Source of the DNA: a virus
DNA: 64,000 bases
Direction: 5' to 3' (one strand)
Virus record (IMG/VR): IMGVR_UViG_3300048583_000034
Coordinates: 35,181 to 99,180 of that record
Positions within the stretch are counted from its first letter, which is position 1, and each line of letters opens with the position of its first letter. Made by a program: the position numbers and the translations under genes. Of this stretch, positions 7,682 through 17,506 are shown piece by piece. Below the pieces are notes generated by a model. That model was not told the origin of the DNA. It saw only the letters and a list, made by a program, of their open reading frames with translations, and did no database searches.

Positions 7682-8131
7682 GTGAAGATGCAATTAGTAA
7701 AGATTAAACTAATCCACCCGGATGCTAAGGTTCCATTCAGACACCACAACAACGATGCTTGTTATGATTGTGTTGCTGTGGGTAAGACAGACATGGGTAA
7801 TGGTATTATCAAGTATGACTTGGGATTTGCTCTGGAGATCCCAGAGAACACACAAGTAGATTTCAGACCGAGATCATCCGTATATAAAACTGGTCTATCC
7901 CTAAGCAACTGTATTGTTACAGGAGATGAAGGATACCGTGGTGAATATATGGTGGTATTCTATCATGTTCTACCACAACTTCCAGCTTACGAAATTGGTG
8001 ATAGGATTGTTCAGATGCAAATTAGAACAAGAGAAGACTGTGTTTTTGAGATCGTGGAAGAAATGTCTGACTCTAGTAGAGCGACAGGTGGATTTGGTTC
8101 TACGGATTTACTAACCCCACCGACTAAATAA
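7682..8131 (+). CDS. dut: trimeric dUTPase
   Basis: RPRSS, DEGYRGE, GDRIVQ, RATGGFGST. Confidence 0.92.
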   Translation: MKMQLVKIKLIHPDAKVPFRHHNNDACYDCVAVGKTDMGNGIIKYDLGFALEIPENTQVDFRPRSSVYKTGLSLSNCIVTGDEGYRGEYMVVFYHVLPQLPAYEIGDRIVQMQIRTREDCVFEIVEEMSDSSRATGGFGSTDLLTPPTK

Positions 8132-8135
8132 CTAT

Positions 8136-8840
8136 GTGTTCAATAAAGTAACAATAAATGAAGAGGAGACAATTCGTAGGTATGGGTATCTACCAAAAGA
8201 GAATAACCGAGACGGTAATAAAATGTGTGTTGTTAAATGCACACACTGTTCAAAGTTAATAGATCGTCAGTTTTCTAATAAAGATTCTATGCATAGTTGT
8301 CCTATAATAGATGGACAAAATAAAAAATGTTTTAAGTGTAAAACTTGGAAAGATTATTCCCTTTTTGTAAAAAATAAAAAGGGAAGTGGTGGGGTGGGAA
8401 AATTGTGTAGAGAGTGTTATAATAACTATGATTGTGTTAAACTAGCGGATAAAAGAAAGAACGAAAGATTGAAGTCGTCATTCACCAATGATCTCAATTT
8501 ATACTTATCTAAACGCGAGAGTCAGATCAAACATCAAGCCAAATATAGGGGACATGAATATGATTTAGATGTTGAATATGTTCGAGAATTGTGGGATACC
8601 CAAAATGGGAAATGTTATTACACCGGATTGGACATGATAGCAGATGGTAGAGTAAATGGCTTTCAGGGTTGGAATTGTCCATCATTTGATAGAAAGTCTC
8701 CAGAGTTGGGTTATGTAAAAGGAAATGTGGTGTGGTGTTGTTTTGCAGTGAATTCGTTTAAACAAAGCTTAAGCGAATCAGAATTTGGGGAAAAAATTAA
8801 ATCTATAACATGGCCATTTTTAAACAAATCAAATTTGTAG
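8136..8840 (+). CDS. HNH-like homing endonuclease
   Basis: CxxC fingers; GKCYYTG...SFDRKSPELGYVKGNVVWCC; TAAATA at 8125. Confidence 0.8.
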   Translation: MFNKVTINEEETIRRYGYLPKENNRDGNKMCVVKCTHCSKLIDRQFSNKDSMHSCPIIDGQNKKCFKCKTWKDYSLFVKNKKGSGGVGKLCRECYNNYDCVKLADKRKNERLKSSFTNDLNLYLSKRESQIKHQAKYRGHEYDLDVEYVRELWDTQNGKCYYTGLDMIADGRVNGFQGWNCPSFDRKSPELGYVKGNVVWCCFAVNSFKQSLSESEFGEKIKSITWPFLNKSNL

Positions 8841-8841
8841 T

Positions 8842-9150
8842 ATGAACGAGAAGATCTTAAACTTATACAACCAGATGGAATGTGTTGGTCTTCAAGATGG
8901 TGCGTCGTTCAAAGCTGTTATCATGGTGTATGGTAAGTGTATGAACTCCGAAATTTCGTGTGACAAGTATGCGAAATTTCTGATCAACGACTTCAAAGCT
9001 TTAGAAAACAAAATAGGGACAAGCATCTACACTATCGTAGACCCATTGAAACTTAGGACTCTTTTTTCTATATCGGAGCAATATAATTGGTTCAACAGAA
9101 AAGAACTCGTTTCCTTTGTAGACTATTATATCTCAAGGGATCTCCCATGA
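8842..9150 (+). CDS. hypothetical protein
   Basis: ORF. Confidence 0.65.
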   Translation: MNEKILNLYNQMECVGLQDGASFKAVIMVYGKCMNSEISCDKYAKFLINDFKALENKIGTSIYTIVDPLKLRTLFSISEQYNWFNRKELVSFVDYYISRDLP

Positions 9151-9282
9151 GAATCCGATGTCTGCACCTTTATACTCTCCTTGTTCACCAGTTTTAAACT
9201 CTGTAGTGACTTTGTTGGGGACTGGAGCACATGCCAGTAGAGACAGAGATATAATAATCACTAATGAAATTTTCATAACTAA

Positions 9283-10065
9283 TTAAAGATTAGCTGCTTG
9301 CATGTGCATAAAATCGTAGTTTCTGGCTTTACCTAAAGAAGTCCATCCTTCGGCTTCGACAATTTTCCAGAATGGTGCATATTCAGGACGAGCAAAGTAT
9401 GCTCTAGTTTTATCCCACTTCAATTGATTTCTATCTGGGTCAAGATCGATGGCAGCACCCCAAGAGTGGATACTCCAAGAGCTTCCACCTCTCATCTTAC
9501 GAACGTTTAGACATCCACCGAAAGAGTCTAGTTTAAGTTCTTTGATAGTCGCTATACCATAATGGTCAAGTGTATTCTTTAGAATTCTTTCTAAAGAATC
9601 ATGAACCTTTTCGTGGCAGGTGATTTTTGAAACCACCGAATCTTTATCCCATGCAAGATACATCGGATATGGTAGTTGTAGAGAAGTTTGGTTTGTTCCA
9701 ACTTTACCATAAAATTTAACCATACTATCGTAATCTTGCTTAGGCCAATCGTTATATCTTTTCTTGATATCTACGACTTGCGATACTTCTGGTTTTTTAT
9801 AAACCAAACTATCCTTTTTCAAGAGTTTTTCGTAAGCAGCTTCAGTCATGTTTCCCCACAGGCCATCAATCTCTCCCACTTGAATACCGGCGCGGATAGC
9901 AGCCACTTGGATAATACCAGCGACTAATCTTTCAGAGTTCCATGTCCCCGGAAAATTGTAATATTTATATGCGGCAGTTTGACTAACTTTACCAAAATCC
10001 CCATCTACTTTGCCAGTATATAAACCAGCGTCCTTCAAAATAGTTTGTGCTAGTTTAGTTTTCAT
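9283..10065 (-). CDS. endolysin: PG-binding repeats + M15 peptidase
   Basis: VDGDFG/IDGLWG PG-binding; SIHSWGAAIDLD and DFMHMQ. Confidence 0.9.
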   Translation of the reverse strand: MKTKLAQTILKDAGLYTGKVDGDFGKVSQTAAYKYYNFPGTWNSERLVAGIIQVAAIRAGIQVGEIDGLWGNMTEAAYEKLLKKDSLVYKKPEVSQVVDIKKRYNDWPKQDYDSMVKFYGKVGTNQTSLQLPYPMYLAWDKDSVVSKITCHEKVHDSLERILKNTLDHYGIATIKELKLDSFGGCLNVRKMRGGSSWSIHSWGAAIDLDPDRNQLKWDKTRAYFARPEYAPFWKIVEAEGWTSLGKARNYDFMHMQAANL

Positions 10066-10451
10066 CTGAATGCTTGTGTGTCATCTTGTTCTACCCATTC
10101 TAAAGGAGCATAACTTGGATCGTTTGCGTAATCGTTTCTATATTGTAGAATAATGTTTTGATCTGGAATAGAATTATCTTCTTTCGAAATAATGATTCTC
10201 TTGGTTTCTTCTTTGACTTCTGTTTCCTTAATAGATTTGACACTATAAGCTTTAACCCAAGAATCACCAGAAGCACCCAAGATAAACAAGGAACCGATGG
10301 CTAGGAAGAATTGCATATATGGGGTCGGGTCAAATGCCACACCAATATAAACGTTTACTATTAAAACAATAAACGCACACCCGATGAAGACTGCACTCCA
10401 ACGTTGTCTGTTTCCTTCGAAGAATTTTTCCTTACTTAAAGGGTCTCTCAT
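10062..10451 (-). CDS. holin candidate (2 TM)
   Basis: Two hydrophobic helices; coupled to endolysin. Confidence 0.6.
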   Translation of the reverse strand: MRDPLSKEKFFEGNRQRWSAVFIGCAFIVLIVNVYIGVAFDPTPYMQFFLAIGSLFILGASGDSWVKAYSVKSIKETEVKEETKRIIISKEDNSIPDQNIILQYRNDYANDPSYAPLEWVEQDDTQAFR

Positions 10452-10453
10452 AA

Positions 10454-11182
10454 TCAGATTCTAAATTTGGCTATTGGGAAATAAATCATCAATATGTTTT
10501 TAATAATGGTCCATGCGATGAACCCGACAGCTAACCCGATAACCCACTTGCGATATACATCAGCCTTAGCAGATTTTTGTTTTTCTTTAGTTAATTGGCT
10601 TTGTAATTGTGTTACTTCATCATTTTTCTTTCCTAGTGAAAGTCCTAAGAAATTATTCTGTGCTCTCAAATTATCAGCTTCGGATTCCTTAGCTAATAAT
10701 TTTTGTTGAGTGATAGAAGCATTCTCTCTGGTTTCTTTAAGAATTTTTTCTTGATTTTTCGTAAGTTCATTTAAGTCTGAGTTTTGTTTTTCGATGAATA
10801 GGTTTCTAGCTTTTACCACCTTTAGGTTCTCTATATGTAGAGAAAGAGTAGCGTCGATAACCGCAGTATCAGGATTTTTCAATCCCTCCTTGATTTTCTC
10901 TGCTTCTGTGATAACTTCCACTATAGCTATTTGCTGATCTGTAATTTCTTTCTTCTGTTCACCAATTTTTTTGTCGATATTCTGATTGGATTTAATTACG
11001 GTGTCGATTCCATCTGAAACCTTTTTCAACTGTGGAACAACACTCTCTGTTTTTGGAGGTGGTGGTGGAACATTAGTTGGGGATGTTATAGGTTGAGCAC
11101 ATCCAAATAATACAAAAGCATATACTAAAACACTAGCCAATACTGTGTTCCTCTTTAATTTGGTGCGTTTCTTATAATTCAT
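10454..11182 (-). CDS. lipoprotein with coiled coil and C-terminal TM (unimolecular spanin candidate)
   Basis: Lipobox VLFGC, Pro-rich linker, heptads, C-terminal WVIGLAVGFIAWTII. Confidence 0.65.
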   Translation of the reverse strand: MNYKKRTKLKRNTVLASVLVYAFVLFGCAQPITSPTNVPPPPPKTESVVPQLKKVSDGIDTVIKSNQNIDKKIGEQKKEITDQQIAIVEVITEAEKIKEGLKNPDTAVIDATLSLHIENLKVVKARNLFIEKQNSDLNELTKNQEKILKETRENASITQQKLLAKESEADNLRAQNNFLGLSLGKKNDEVTQLQSQLTKEKQKSAKADVYRKWVIGLAVGFIAWTIIKNILMIYFPIAKFRI

Positions 11183-11511
11183 CTTTGTTCTTTTAATATT
11201 TGTTTTATTTCCACTAAAGACTCTTTGATAGCGATACCATTGTCTTCTAGTCTAGTAACTCTTAAATCCAATCTATTGTAATTAGTATCTAAAACATTCT
11301 TTGCTATATTCCAATCACTATTAGTAAATTTAGATCCCTCAAAAGAGGCTTGAGAAATTTCTATTTGTTGAATCTTTGTTTCCAATGCGGAAATTTTGCC
11401 CCATGCTTGGTTTAAAAACCAAGATGACGCAGCGATTGAAACAGACATAGCGATAGGGAGCAATTTACTAAGCCATGCAGGTTCTTTTTGTTCTGTGTGT
11501 CGATAAGTCAT
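11179..11511 (-). CDS. single-TM coiled-coil lysis-region protein
   Basis: Start reassigned to MTYRHTEQ; TAAATA at 11528-11533. Confidence 0.65.
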   Translation of the reverse strand: MTYRHTEQKEPAWLSKLLPIAMSVSIAASSWFLNQAWGKISALETKIQQIEISQASFEGSKFTNSDWNIAKNVLDTNYNRLDLRVTRLEDNGIAIKESLVEIKQILKEQR

Positions 11512-11575
11512 AATCCGGGTGTAATAATATTTAATCATTGACTTGTCAATTATCTTCAAACTCCTAAATAGAAAA

Positions 11576-11938
11576 ATGAGAATTATAATTACACTAATAA
11601 TAGGTTTTGTGTCACTAACTTCCTCATTAGGAAACCAAACAGGAGAGGCTTCTTGGTATGCTATTAAATGTAATGGTGGGACTAGAACAGCTAGTGGTGA
11701 AAAGTTGGTAGATTCTGCGTCAACAGCAGCACATAAAACTCTTCCCTTTGGGACTCTTGTGAAGGTGACGAATTTGAACAATGGAAAAAGTGAAATTGTT
11801 AAAATTAATAACAGGGGGCCATTTATTAAAGGTAGGATAATCGACGTTACCGTAGGAGTAGCCGAACGGTTGGGCTTTAAGAAAAATGGTGTAGCTAAGG
11901 TAAAAGTAGAAGTTGTAGGTAAAGTAACGACAAAATGA
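11576..11938 (+). CDS. rlpA: RlpA-like (DPBB) lytic transglycosylase
   Basis: GEASWY, TASGE, TAAHKTLPFGT, RGPFIKGRIID. Confidence 0.9.
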   Translation: MRIIITLIIGFVSLTSSLGNQTGEASWYAIKCNGGTRTASGEKLVDSASTAAHKTLPFGTLVKVTNLNNGKSEIVKINNRGPFIKGRIIDVTVGVAERLGFKKNGVAKVKVEVVGKVTTK

Positions 11939-12318
11939 AATTTAAAATCTGGAACAATATATTGGAAAAGTTTGTGGATGGTTCGGAGTGGTATGTTAAT
12001 CCATCTGGTCAAGTATTTTTTGAAGATATGATGAATGGTGGGTTGGTGATGGCAGTAGATGACATATATAAAGTTTTGAGGTTTACTGGTCTACACGACT
12101 TATATGGCCAAGAAATTTATGAGGGAGATTTGGTCTCTTTATATTACCATCACGAAAATATCAAAGTGGATGTGTATGAGATCAAGTATGGTTCTGGTAA
12201 ATGGATGCTTGATGATTGGGAGTGTTTGACGGAATACTACCTAGACCACACCCCAAAGTTTGGGGATGTTTGTCGAGTGGTAAAAATTGGGAATGTTTTC
12301 GAGAAGCGTGTTGACTAA
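11935..12318 (+). CDS. YopX-family protein
   Basis: FTGLHD..G.EIYEGD, IGNVFE. Confidence 0.85.
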   Translation: MKFKIWNNILEKFVDGSEWYVNPSGQVFFEDMMNGGLVMAVDDIYKVLRFTGLHDLYGQEIYEGDLVSLYYHHENIKVDVYEIKYGSGKWMLDDWECLTEYYLDHTPKFGDVCRVVKIGNVFEKRVD

Positions 12319-12345
12319 TCTCGTCTTTGTGTTATAATTAATCCA

Positions 12346-13197
12346 ATGATTACTGCAAAGATTATCGCGGACAGCGTCTCCCCACACAATAAAAGATTGA
12401 CAACATTTGAATTGGAATACCCGAGGTTTATCCATTCAGAACTGCTAACCCATCGAATGTTATCAAAGAACGCTGCATCGTCCAGAGCAATCCCTTTGAA
12501 GACTATGATCGGTCTAGTGTGGGACAACCCCGCTGAACCTGTCGAGTGGGGAAAGAACCAGAGTGGGATGCAGGCTAAGGAAAAACTTACAGGGTGGAAC
12601 CTAGCCTTGGCCAAGTTTCTTTGGCACTTCTCCGGGAAGCTTGTTTGTATTTTAGCTTGGATGTTAAGCTTCTCTAAAGTTCATAAGCAAATTGCCAACA
12701 GAATTCTAGAACCTTGGTCACACATTAAAGTTGTAGCTAGTGCAACTGATTGGGATAACTTCTTCCATCTTAGGAACCACAAAGATGCCCAGCCTGAGAT
12801 CCACGAACTTGCGAGACAAATGTGGGAGTTATACAAAGCTTCTGAACCAAAAGCTTTGAGAGAAGGGGAGTGGCATTTGCCATATTTGGATGGATATAAT
12901 GTTTTTCCAGATGAAGATTTTGTCCCATTTAAAGATAATGACATTTCATTATCAGATGCTAAGAAATTATCTGCATCTCTTTGCGCTCAAACATCTTATA
13001 GAAAAGCTGACGAGTCTATCGAAAAAGCTTTGGGTATCTATGATCGCTTAGTAATATCCGTTCCCGTCCATGCTTCCCCATTCGAACACCAAGCTACACC
13101 AGCTAAGAGCAACATTGTGATTTCTGGTAATTTTAGAGGTTGGGTGCAGTTTAGACAAGAAATCCCGAATAACGTTTGTAAGAAATACGTCGCATGA
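12346..13197 (+). CDS. thyX: flavin-dependent thymidylate synthase
   Basis: ELLTHRMLSKNAASSRAIP, AQPEI, HASPFEH. Confidence 0.92.
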   Translation: MITAKIIADSVSPHNKRLTTFELEYPRFIHSELLTHRMLSKNAASSRAIPLKTMIGLVWDNPAEPVEWGKNQSGMQAKEKLTGWNLALAKFLWHFSGKLVCILAWMLSFSKVHKQIANRILEPWSHIKVVASATDWDNFFHLRNHKDAQPEIHELARQMWELYKASEPKALREGEWHLPYLDGYNVFPDEDFVPFKDNDISLSDAKKLSASLCAQTSYRKADESIEKALGIYDRLVISVPVHASPFEHQATPAKSNIVISGNFRGWVQFRQEIPNNVCKKYVA

Positions 13198-13451
13198 TTA
13201 CATTAGATGGGACATATACCGAAGGTCTACAAGAACTAGAATACGTATGCAGAGTTATACCATACCATGGAGACTATTATGACCCCATTGGAAGATTGAT
13301 GACAATTGATCATGGTGATGTCCTCTATATGTTGGGTAAGGGAACATGGTTCGCATTATACCAAACACATGAGAAAAGACTTCAGACATTAGAATCTTTG
13401 AATATCTCCGCAATGGAACAATTAAATAATTTACCAACCTATGTCACCTAA
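13194..13451 (+). CDS. hypothetical protein
   Basis: Coupled ORF. Confidence 0.6.
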   Translation: MITLDGTYTEGLQELEYVCRVIPYHGDYYDPIGRLMTIDHGDVLYMLGKGTWFALYQTHEKRLQTLESLNISAMEQLNNLPTYVT

Positions 13452-13824
13452 GAAATTCAGAGCTTATTATAAAGGGGATTTTGAAACTCCTGATGGTCCT
13501 TTAAAGTTTGAACAAAAGGTTATCCATGATGAACTTTGGTTTGCATATGATGAAATTCTCAAATACCCTTTTGAATTTCCTTTCTTAGATGATGGTTGGA
13601 TTATTAATCAATGGACTGGGTTATCGGACAAACATGGTAAAGAGATCTACGAAGGTGATATCGTTTATAGTCCCAAGATGGATTATAACTTGGTATGTAA
13701 GTGGGATGTTCGTGGGTGTTGGGTTTTTAGATTACATGATGATGATAAAAGCTTCCATCTGTATTCTACAGAGGACACATTCGAAATCGTGGGTAATTTA
13801 TATGAAAACCCTGAATTAATATAA
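13441..13824 (+). CDS. YopX-family protein
   Basis: QWTGLSDKHGKEIYEGDI, VGNLYENPELI. Confidence 0.9.
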   Translation: MSPKKFRAYYKGDFETPDGPLKFEQKVIHDELWFAYDEILKYPFEFPFLDDGWIINQWTGLSDKHGKEIYEGDIVYSPKMDYNLVCKWDVRGCWVFRLHDDDKSFHLYSTEDTFEIVGNLYENPELI

Positions 13825-13873
13825 TCGTGCAAAAAGTGCAGAAAAATAATCCTCTAGATTAAATATAGGTGCT

Positions 13874-14425
13874 ATGAATGGACAGATTATAGAAACTCCA
13901 AAATCATCAACGATTGATGAGGCTTGGAAAATGATACCTTCATACGAAGATTATATGATATCCAATTTGGGCAGAGTTAGTTCAAAAAAAGGTAATGCGA
14001 TTGCTCATACTTTAATGAGTCCAACCAACATGAATGGCTATAAAAGAATCAAGTTGAGCAAATTTGGGAAAAGTAAAACCTATTTGGTTCATAGATTAGT
14101 TCTAATAGCGTTTATAGGGATAGATGAAACAAAATCCTTTGCTAATCACAAAAATGGTAATAGGTCAGATAATCGATTAGATAATTTAGAATGGGTAACT
14201 GCTAAAGAAAATGTCAAACATGGGTTTGATGTGTTGGGCAGGACCATGAATTTCGTTAAACCCGTTACACAATATTTAGAAAATGATAGTTTTGTAAAAG
14301 ATTGGACATCTATTATGGAAGCGAGTAAAGGCTTGGGCCTATCTCATTCGTCAATTTCTCAATGTTGCACCCAGAAAAGAAAATCTTGTGGTGGTTATAT
14401 GTGGAAATATTCAAACCAAAAATAA
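13874..14425 (+). CDS. NUMOD4-HNH-NUMOD1 homing endonuclease
   Basis: YMISNLGRV, VHRLV, NHKNGNRSDNRLDNLEW, SCGGYMW. Confidence 0.92.
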   Translation: MNGQIIETPKSSTIDEAWKMIPSYEDYMISNLGRVSSKKGNAIAHTLMSPTNMNGYKRIKLSKFGKSKTYLVHRLVLIAFIGIDETKSFANHKNGNRSDNRLDNLEWVTAKENVKHGFDVLGRTMNFVKPVTQYLENDSFVKDWTSIMEASKGLGLSHSSISQCCTQKRKSCGGYMWKYSNQK

Positions 14426-14427
14426 AT

Positions 14428-14628
14428 ATGAGTATAATTAGAATCGATAAACATAGTGTTCGCTTATGCTGCAACAAGCGAAACTGCCCCGTAGTCACCG
14501 ATTTGGGTAATGGAATTATTCAAATAACGGATGATGATGGTAAAACTATCACCATGAAGCAAGAAGAAGCCGAGATTTTATCTGACGGTGCCAAACTTCT
14601 AAAAGGGGAAAAATTGATCCTTGGCTGA
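14428..14628 (+). CDS. small hypothetical protein
   Basis: LCCNKRNCP; start reassigned to 14428. Confidence 0.65.
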   Translation: MSIIRIDKHSVRLCCNKRNCPVVTDLGNGIIQITDDDGKTITMKQEEAEILSDGAKLLKGEKLILG

Positions 14629-14911
14629 GTTAATCCAACAATCTTTGACGCTAATAGGCTGTTGCTTTATTATAAAGTATGGAAGTATATTAGAACCAAT
14701 TAAAACCAATTTATACAAAATCCACAAACTAAAAGAATTATTAACATGCTCACTTTGCTTAGGTTTTTGGATAGGTATCATCTTTGGATTGCTATGGACT
14801 GGTTTAACTATACATGTGTTGGAATCAGCATTTTATTCTTCATGCATATGTTGGCTAGCTGATCATCTGCTGATGGTCATGCAAAGGTATATTTACGGAG
14901 AGGATAGTTAA
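14621..14911 (+). CDS. membrane protein (DUF1360-like)
   Basis: LLTCSLCLGFWIG within TM segments. Confidence 0.6.
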   Translation: MAELIQQSLTLIGCCFIIKYGSILEPIKTNLYKIHKLKELLTCSLCLGFWIGIIFGLLWTGLTIHVLESAFYSSCICWLADHLLMVMQRYIYGEDS

Positions 14912-14919
14912 ATATTTGA

Positions 14920-17292
14920 ATGAAGTTTAATCAAATAGTCGAAAGGCTAAATCCTTTCCTACTACATGAAAGGTATTATAATTATACCTTCCCAGAAAAA
15001 AAGTCATTACAGATGTATGACTTCTATGTTTTGGATTATTTGAGATATCTGGTGGAGAATATGTCTCCAAAAAATTTTCGAGACCTTCCTATGGATTTGG
15101 AAGATAGTGTTAAGGACTCGGTGAATAAATTGTTCCCTGCCCTGAGACAGGAATTGTTGAACGCAGTATTCTATGCCGTGTGTGCTGAGATGCGACATTC
15201 AGATGGTTCCAATGGTGGAAATAAATCACATAGGCAATTGTTCACTGGTGGAACAAAAGATGCCAAGATTTATAATGCATATTTGAAATATATGCTATAC
15301 CATAAGGCCAATGATAACGACAAGAAAGAGTTGGTTGATATCCATGGTGCGGAGAAGCCTAGAACTAGAGCACAGATCCCTTCGACCGAAGTTGATAATG
15401 ATGAATTGAGAAATACTTCTTATAAGGCAGCTAGATATGCCATTAAGAAAACTGGTTTATCTGAGAAAGATTTCATGGAGATGTGTCTAAAGATCTTCAC
15501 TGAAGGTGGATGGTCTCAATCCTATGGTGGAAACGCTTGGGGATCAATTGCAAAGGGGTGGCTTATGCTTAATGATGCTGACCAAATCAATCCACCACCA
15601 GCAAGAAAAGGTTCAGAGGATCGTGCCAAGAAGCCTATGAGTGTGGCTATTGACCACGTTTATGATTTACAACACAATACTGATACTGTCTTCAATAAAC
15701 TCAAGAGTTATTATGGAGATAGTGGATATGCTTGGATTGGTAACGTCCTAGACCACAAAGCAAATACTCATAGTTATTTTGATTTACTTAGCCATTGCTC
15801 TAGCATGGTTAAGAATATGGCACAGCCTATATTATATAATCGTCTAGGTTCTACTTGGGAGAATGATATCAAAAATACCTCCCCAGAAGATGATATAGAC
15901 TTAGGGCAATACAATAAAAAGGCGATGTATTATATCGAAGAACCGATCAATGGTAAATTTGTTATATGCACACACCCATTGGCATCTGCTGGCTTCACAA
16001 GAGATAAAATTTATAAAGTCCTCAACTATAAGGATGGTTCTCTTCTTCTTAGAAATGATGAGAAAAAGATTAAAAAAGTTTCAACTGGATATTTCAATCT
16101 TTTAGTTAAAAAAGGCGATGAGGTGGAACAAATTGCTCTCGAAGAGCCTACACCTCAAAATACGAGTAGTAATATTCCTAACACAGATGTTCACAAATCT
16201 AAGTATTATAGCGATGTTGTGACTGGGGACAAGTTGAGAGTTGTCGATGCAGATGGATCGGGAATATTTGGAGATGGTGATATTATCACATATATTAAAG
16301 ACACATATGATACCCACGATGATAAAAAAATGATTGATATCATCGTAGATAAAAACGGTAAGAAATCTTCTGGGTGGAGGAGTAAAAGATTCGAACCTAT
16401 TAAAAAAACAATAGAAAAAACTCATAAATTCAAAAAAGGAGACATGGCTAAGTGTATCGATGACTCTGGTTGGGCTGAAGGTGTCCTAACCAAAGGAAAA
16501 TTATATGAAGTTTTACATTATTCCATAGATGGAGAATCTGAGGAATTTAATACGATTGGATTTGTAGACGACAATGGTGACAAAATTTCTGCATATGTCA
16601 AAAGATTTGAACCACCAAAGGAAAACACGGGATCATTTGAAGAAACCTCGGAATCAGGAACCTTTAAAGTGGGTGACAAGGTAAAATTAAAATATGGTGA
16701 ATCATACCCCGGCTTAACACCGGGTAAAGTATATACTATTACCACCCTACCTGTTTCTAATGATCCAAAAAAATTAACTGCGGTTATTGATAACGATGAT
16801 GATGTTAATGTTATATTTATTTCTAGGTTAGAACCAGTAGATGTCTCTCAGAAAAATAAACCGGGATTTTTCGAGATTGGTTCCAAAGTTAAATTAAAGA
16901 GCAACGAACATTACCCAAACGTTACAAGTGGTAAAGTTTATACGGTCGTAAGACCTAAGTTCATCTCAAGTGATAAATATATTATAACTTATATAACTGG
17001 AGATAATGGGGGAGTTATAGGGTTGTATAACACTAGGCTTCAACAAGTTAGGGATAGACCATCACAAATTGACGCCATAGCCAAGACAGAAGAAATGACC
17101 CAACCAAAACTTAAAATTGGTGATCGTGTGTCATATACTGGAGCTGATGGCAAAACACATACCGGAAAAATTTCACAGGCTAACTCATGGAGTGCCTTGG
17201 TTAATTGGGATGATGGGGTGGTAACACATTCAGTGCCTTTAAATACTCTAACCAAAATAGACTCTTCCAAATTTAGAGACATAAAGATATGA
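14920..17292 (+). CDS. large late protein: helical N-domain + tandem SH3/KOW-like repeats
   Basis: Repeats FKKGDMAKC, FKVGDKVKL, FEIGSKVKL, LKIGDRVSY; TAAATA upstream. Confidence 0.75.
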   Translation: MKFNQIVERLNPFLLHERYYNYTFPEKKSLQMYDFYVLDYLRYLVENMSPKNFRDLPMDLEDSVKDSVNKLFPALRQELLNAVFYAVCAEMRHSDGSNGGNKSHRQLFTGGTKDAKIYNAYLKYMLYHKANDNDKKELVDIHGAEKPRTRAQIPSTEVDNDELRNTSYKAARYAIKKTGLSEKDFMEMCLKIFTEGGWSQSYGGNAWGSIAKGWLMLNDADQINPPPARKGSEDRAKKPMSVAIDHVYDLQHNTDTVFNKLKSYYGDSGYAWIGNVLDHKANTHSYFDLLSHCSSMVKNMAQPILYNRLGSTWENDIKNTSPEDDIDLGQYNKKAMYYIEEPINGKFVICTHPLASAGFTRDKIYKVLNYKDGSLLLRNDEKKIKKVSTGYFNLLVKKGDEVEQIALEEPTPQNTSSNIPNTDVHKSKYYSDVVTGDKLRVVDADGSGIFGDGDIITYIKDTYDTHDDKKMIDIIVDKNGKKSSGWRSKRFEPIKKTIEKTHKFKKGDMAKCIDDSGWAEGVLTKGKLYEVLHYSIDGESEEFNTIGFVDDNGDKISAYVKRFEPPKENTGSFEETSESGTFKVGDKVKLKYGESYPGLTPGKVYTITTLPVSNDPKKLTAVIDNDDDVNVIFISRLEPVDVSQKNKPGFFEIGSKVKLKSNEHYPNVTSGKVYTVVRPKFISSDKYIITYITGDNGGVIGLYNTRLQQVRDRPSQIDAIAKTEEMTQPKLKIGDRVSYTGADGKTHTGKISQANSWSALVNWDDGVVTHSVPLNTLTKIDSSKFRDIKI

Positions 17293-17405
17293 CAACTAGA
17301 GTCAATTGGAACGATCCATACGATGTTCTAATCTGTCACCCATCTATGTTGACTTTCTTGAAAACCATGATATCTTTGAGAAGTTAAATGAATTATGATA
17401 ACATA

Positions 17406-17443
17406 AAAATTCTCCCCGTTCCAAAATTAGAAGGGGAGAATTT
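17406..17443. terminator. bidirectional hairpin terminator
   Basis: AAATTCTCCCC...GGGGAGAATTT between convergent genes. Confidence 0.65.
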
Positions 17444-17506
17444 AAATAGATGGCTCAAAAGAGAATCAGCAAGATATGGAATTGAACATCTTAAAGATGG
17501 TAGGTT

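Noticed and set aside
11512-12012. 277-aa version of ORF 11179-12012
   Set aside because: Extension is the antisense of rlpA; the late promoter supports a start at 11511
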